From the NCBI GenBank assembly GCA_050253415.1, contig JBFWJC010000006.1, positions 64,001 through 128,000 on the forward strand: 64,000 bases of DNA, written 5' to 3'. Positions 60,116 to 64,000 of the stretch are shown here, piece by piece. A program made the position numbers and the translations under genes. The notes below the pieces were generated by a model. That model searched no databases and was not told the origin of the DNA. It saw nothing but the letters and a program-made list of their open reading frames with translations. Origin of the DNA: Pedobacter sp. (GTDB taxonomy: Bacteria; Desulfobacterota; Desulfuromonadia; Desulfuromonadales; Syntrophotaleaceae). Positions within the stretch are counted from its first letter, which is position 1. Each line of letters opens with the position of its first letter.

Positions 60116-61828
60116 ATGGGTGATTGGAAAAAATTTCTCACGGAACAACGCATTGCCTACTTCTCCATGGAAATCGGCCTGACCGCTGAAATCCCTACCT
60201 ACAGTGGCGGACTGGGCGTTCTCGCCGGCGACACCATTAAAACCGCAGCCGATTTAAAAATACCCCTTGTAGCTGTCACTCTAATCAGCCGTAAGGGTTA
60301 TTTTCGCCAGGCCATCGACGAACAGGGCCAGCAGCAGGAAAGCCCGGTTCAGTGGGAACCGGAAACACTGCTGGAATGCCTGCCAATCAAAACGCTGCTC
60401 ACCATTGAAGGACGAGACGTCAAGGTACAGGCCTGGCTCTATCGGGTGGTCAGCCCTTCACGGGGGCAGGTCCCGGTACTGTTCCTCGATACCGACATCC
60501 CCGGCAATGCCGATGAAGACCGGCGCATTACCGACCACCTCTATGGTGGCGATCAGGCTTATCGGCTCAAGCAGGAGATCGTTCTTGGGATCGGGGGCGC
60601 TCGCATTCTCGACCAACTCGGGTTCAATATCCGCAAGTACCACATGAACGAAGGCCACGCCAGCCTGCTGACGCTGGAACTACTGTCACGCAGCCGTCGA
60701 CCAATTGAGGACACCTGGGACGAACGCAATGCCTGGAATACCCGTGAGGTCATCAGCAAATGCGTTTTCACCACCCACACTCCCGTACAGGCCGGGCATG
60801 ACCAGTTTCCCTATGATCTGGTGGGCCGCACACTGGACCATGAAATCCCTCTTGATCTACTCAAGGAGTTGGGCGGCCCAGACCATCTGAACATGACCCT
60901 GCTGGCCATGAACCTCAGTCAGTATGTCAATGGTGTTGCCAAGAAACATGGTGAGGTTTCCCAGGCTATGTTCCCCGGCTTTGAAATCCATGCCATCACC
61001 AACGGCATCCATCCCTTCACCTGGACCTCACCCTATTTCGTCAACCTGTTCAGTCGTTACCTGCCAAGCTGGGCCACAGAACCGGAGTTGCTGGTTCGGG
61101 TCGACAGCATTCCGGACGAGGAAATATGGGAGACCCATTGCGGCGCCAAGGCGTACCTGTTTCAGTACATCGACGAAACCTGCGGCGTGCAGCTGGATCC
61201 GGACATTCTGACTATCGGCTTCGCCCGGCGTGTTGCGACCTACAAGCGAGCGGATCTTATTTTCACCGACATTGAACGCTTGCTGCGCATCGGTGAAGGC
61301 AAGCTGCAACTGGTGTTCGGCGGCAAAGCCCACCCACACGACATACCGGGAAAAGAATTGATCCACAACATCACCCAAACCATCAAACGTTATCAGGACC
61401 GCATTCGCATGGTCTACCTGCCCAACTACAACATGGAAGTTGCCGCGCGCCTGATCCCCGGCGTCGATCTGTGGCTCAATAACCCCATGCGACCGTTGGA
61501 GGCCTCGGGTACCAGCGGCATGAAAGCCGCCATCAATGGCGTGCCCAACTTCAGCGTACTGGACGGCTGGTGGATTGAAGGGCACATCGAAGGTGTAACA
61601 GGATGGTCCATCGGGCCGCCATCGAGTGGTAATTCCATCAGCCAGAATCATACCGCCGAAGATGTCGACGATCTCTACCTCAAGCTCGAGCACACCATTA
61701 TCCCATTGTATTATCAGGATCGCCCGGGCTGGATTCGCGTCATGAAAAACGCCATCGGCAAAAACGCCTATTATTTCAATACCCATGTCATGATGCGCCG
61801 CTACGTTACCGAGGCTTACTGCCATTAG
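60116..61828 (+). CDS. glgP: Alpha-glucan phosphorylase (short form)
   Basis: AYFSMEIG, YSGGLGVLAGD, HMNEGH, EASGTSGMK. Confidence 0.94.
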   Translation: MGDWKKFLTEQRIAYFSMEIGLTAEIPTYSGGLGVLAGDTIKTAADLKIPLVAVTLISRKGYFRQAIDEQGQQQESPVQWEPETLLECLPIKTLLTIEGRDVKVQAWLYRVVSPSRGQVPVLFLDTDIPGNADEDRRITDHLYGGDQAYRLKQEIVLGIGGARILDQLGFNIRKYHMNEGHASLLTLELLSRSRRPIEDTWDERNAWNTREVISKCVFTTHTPVQAGHDQFPYDLVGRTLDHEIPLDLLKELGGPDHLNMTLLAMNLSQYVNGVAKKHGEVSQAMFPGFEIHAITNGIHPFTWTSPYFVNLFSRYLPSWATEPELLVRVDSIPDEEIWETHCGAKAYLFQYIDETCGVQLDPDILTIGFARRVATYKRADLIFTDIERLLRIGEGKLQLVFGGKAHPHDIPGKELIHNITQTIKRYQDRIRMVYLPNYNMEVAARLIPGVDLWLNNPMRPLEASGTSGMKAAINGVPNFSVLDGWWIEGHIEGVTGWSIGPPSSGNSISQNHTAEDVDDLYLKLEHTIIPLYYQDRPGWIRVMKNAIGKNAYYFNTHVMMRRYVTEAYCH

Positions 61829-61843
61829 TCGCCTGCCAGACAC

Positions 61844-61883
61844 AAAAAACCCCGAACTGACTTAATCGGTTCGGGGTTTTTTT
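61844..61883. terminator. Bidirectional intrinsic terminator
   Basis: AAAAAACCCCGAAC...GTTCGGGGTTTTTTT. Confidence 0.88.
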
Positions 61884-61927
61884 ATGATCTTTGATCGGAA
61901 TGCAACGACTTCCGGCAACCAAAAATT

Positions 61928-62440
61928 CTAAAATTCCAGCAACCCAAGCGCCTGCTGCAACACCGCTCCAACGGGGGCAGAGGCATCCAGTACGTGGTGC
62001 GCGGCTTCCCGGTAAAGAGGCTCGCGGGCTGCCAGCACTTCGGTCACCTCTTCAATGATCGAGCGCCCTGTAAGCGTGGGCCGTTGATCGGCATTTGGAT
62101 CGGCCTCAAGACGCGCAGCCATGACATCCGCAGGCACGCTCAGGTAAAGCACGGTACCGTTGGCACGCATGAAGGCGCGATTCGCCGCTGACAACACCAT
62201 GCCGCCCCCCGTGGCAATGACTTTTCCAGGCGCGGTGACAGCTTTTAAAGCTTCACTTTCCCTAAGACGAAACCCACCCCAACCCTCCCTGGCAACCACG
62301 TCGGCAACGGTCATGTTCGTGCTCTCCTGCAAGTACAGATCCGTATCGACAAAATCATATTTTAGAGCTTCGGCCAATGCGCGGCCGATGGTGGTTTTCC
62401 CGGATGCGCGGGCGCCTATTAGAAAAATGGTACTGGACAT
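61928..62440 (-). CDS. aroL: Shikimate kinase II
   Basis: [31 protein letters not shown]. Confidence 0.9.
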   Translation of the reverse strand: MSSTIFLIGARASGKTTIGRALAEALKYDFVDTDLYLQESTNMTVADVVAREGWGGFRLRESEALKAVTAPGKVIATGGGMVLSAANRAFMRANGTVLYLSVPADVMAARLEADPNADQRPTLTGRSIIEEVTEVLAAREPLYREAAHHVLDASAPVGAVLQQALGLLEF

Positions 62441-62792
62441 GTCAAATAAATCCTTTATGACTGACAACGAATTTTAAACGCAAAGCATATCGTGGCATCA
62501 TCCGTGAACTTTGGTGATTGGCGTGCTCCACTCCATGGCAAAATGTTTACCGGCCGATGAGTATAGGAGGTTTACCCCTGCCCTTCAACCTCCTTTTTCT
62601 TGCAAGCCTCTCCATGCAACAACACACAGGACAAGACCTATAAGTCACAAACAAGCAAACCACTATTTATCGATATTTTAGTAACTTATATTTACATACC
62701 TAAACAGATACATTACATATTAATTACATCGGACAGACTGCAAAAAGGCCACAAACCGATCGAACACATTGCAGCATCAAACGCATGCAACT

Positions 62793-64000
62793 TCACCTGA
62801 CTGAGTTCGCAGCCGCCTTGTTCCCGATATCCTGCATCTTCCGCTCCACTATCTTTGCTTCCCCAGTTTTGCCAAGTTTGGACAAAACCGCAAGCAACTT
62901 TTCATAAGTTTTAAGACGGCTATCCGGTTTGACATCGTCATCCTGTCCTTCCAATACGTCAACCTGACTGAAATACGCTTCGGCTGCTGCCCACTCGCTA
63001 CGGGCTTCAGCAATCAGCCCGAGTTCCCACAGGTCACCAATTAAATAAGAACTGTCTTTGCCATAAAGGTTCTCGTATATGTGCAACCGAGCCAAATAGT
63101 TTTGCGCCGCCTGCTCCAGATCGCCGGCCTGGCGGTGAATATCCGCAAGAATACCAGATGCATCGCCATACTCTTCACTCTCCGGTCCGAACAAGCTTTT
63201 CAATAACCCAAGCGCTTCGTGGCAACGTGCTTTAGCCTGATCAAAAGTGCCGGCGGACTTGAGGCCTTGCGCATCGGACAATAATGCATAGGCATATTCC
63301 TCACTCTGCTCACCGAACTCCGATCGTGCAAATCCCAAGGCCTTTTCAGCATATAGTCGAGAGCTTTCATAATCACCTTGCCCGGCAAAACTTTCTGAAA
63401 AGTCCTCCAATGCCTGCAAATACGCTCCGCGCCCTTCCTCACCGAGGCCTCGATAAAGCTCTAGGACCGCCTCGAACAAAGGTTTGGTTTCGGCAGTTCG
63501 GTTGAGACTGCCCAAGCTATAAATCATCCACTCCAGCGTATCGGAGCGACCCCAGGCGTCATCGGCAAGATCTTCCTGGACCTTGCGTGCCTGGATAAAT
63601 GTCTCCAGAGCCTTTGCGTAATCTTCTCGATTAAAATAGACACGTCCCAAGTTTTTCAGGGAACGGACGACTTTGAGGTCCTTGTTTGCATAAAGCTGCT
63701 CACCGGTTGCCAATGCCTGTAAGCCATATATTTCGGCATCTTCCCACTGACCCGAAGAGACCATGTATTCGGTGAGGTCATTAAGACTAATGTAGGTTTT
63801 GCTGGAATATCTGCCGAATTTATCGAGGGACAACTGCAGGGCCTGCTTAATAGAAACAAGCGCTCTTTGATCGTTTTGTTGGCGTCTCTGGGCATGATAT
63901 GCCTTATGCAGCCTGGTCCATCGTTCGCTATCGGAAGGTGGCAGATAGTTAGCAATCACGGCAAAAAACCCACCGATCAACAGCCATGCAACCATCAACC
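62793..64000 (-). CDS. Membrane-anchored tetratricopeptide-repeat protein (5' end probably outside the window)
   Basis: TM helix followed by ~42-aa kinesin-light-chain-like TPR repeats; frame open at the window edge. Confidence 0.8.
   Translation of the reverse strand, partial: LMVAWLLIGGFFAVIANYLPPSDSERWTRLHKAYHAQRRQQNDQRALVSIKQALQLSLDKFGRYSSKTYISLNDLTEYMVSSGQWEDAEIYGLQALATGEQLYANKDLKVVRSLKNLGRVYFNREDYAKALETFIQARKVQEDLADDAWGRSDTLEWMIYSLGSLNRTAETKPLFEAVLELYRGLGEEGRGAYLQALEDFSESFAGQGDYESSRLYAEKALGFARSEFGEQSEEYAYALLSDAQGLKSAGTFDQAKARCHEALGLLKSLFGPESEEYGDASGILADIHRQAGDLEQAAQNYLARLHIYENLYGKDSSYLIGDLWELGLIAEARSEWAAAEAYFSQVDVLEGQDDDVKPDSRLKTYEKLLAVLSKLGKTGEAKIVERKMQDIGNKAAANSVR

Overview
Chromosomal window from a Desulfuromonadales-like deltaproteobacterium (inferred from gene content and order; Pelobacter/Syntrophotalea-like). 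The left part is housekeeping: tig, tRNA-Leu, tRNA-His, tmk-holB-PSP1-metG, a TatD/radical-SAM fusion, alcohol and aldehyde dehydrogenases, and an AddAB-like pair. About 23.0-45.9 kb is a large copper/heavy-metal cluster (ZraP-like protein, multicopper oxidase, YHS-flavoprotein, Cu P1B-ATPase, P-II protein, Met/His-rich periplasmic proteins, CusCBA). The right part holds sulfur genes (cysK, metY, thiF-moaD), hydE, a yybP-ykoY Mn riboswitch in front of htpX-terC-P2 ATPase, nadA-DUF3343-desulfurase, an Rrf2 regulator, glgP, aroL and a partial TPR gene. The most interesting signal is two paralogous ~130-aa secreted Cys/His-motif ORFs (32687-33076 and 45476-45868). Each heads a metal-related gene run, and each has an anti-Shine-Dalgarno sequence right at its stop codon that can pair over 240-350 nt with the SD of the next gene. 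This suggests a metal-sensing, leader-peptide translational switch. Other candidates are a GGA-rich structured intergenic RNA near glgP, a multi-stem leader before hydE, and a thioredoxin-reductase-like protein lacking its CxxC. All calls were made by eye; no folding or database searches were run.
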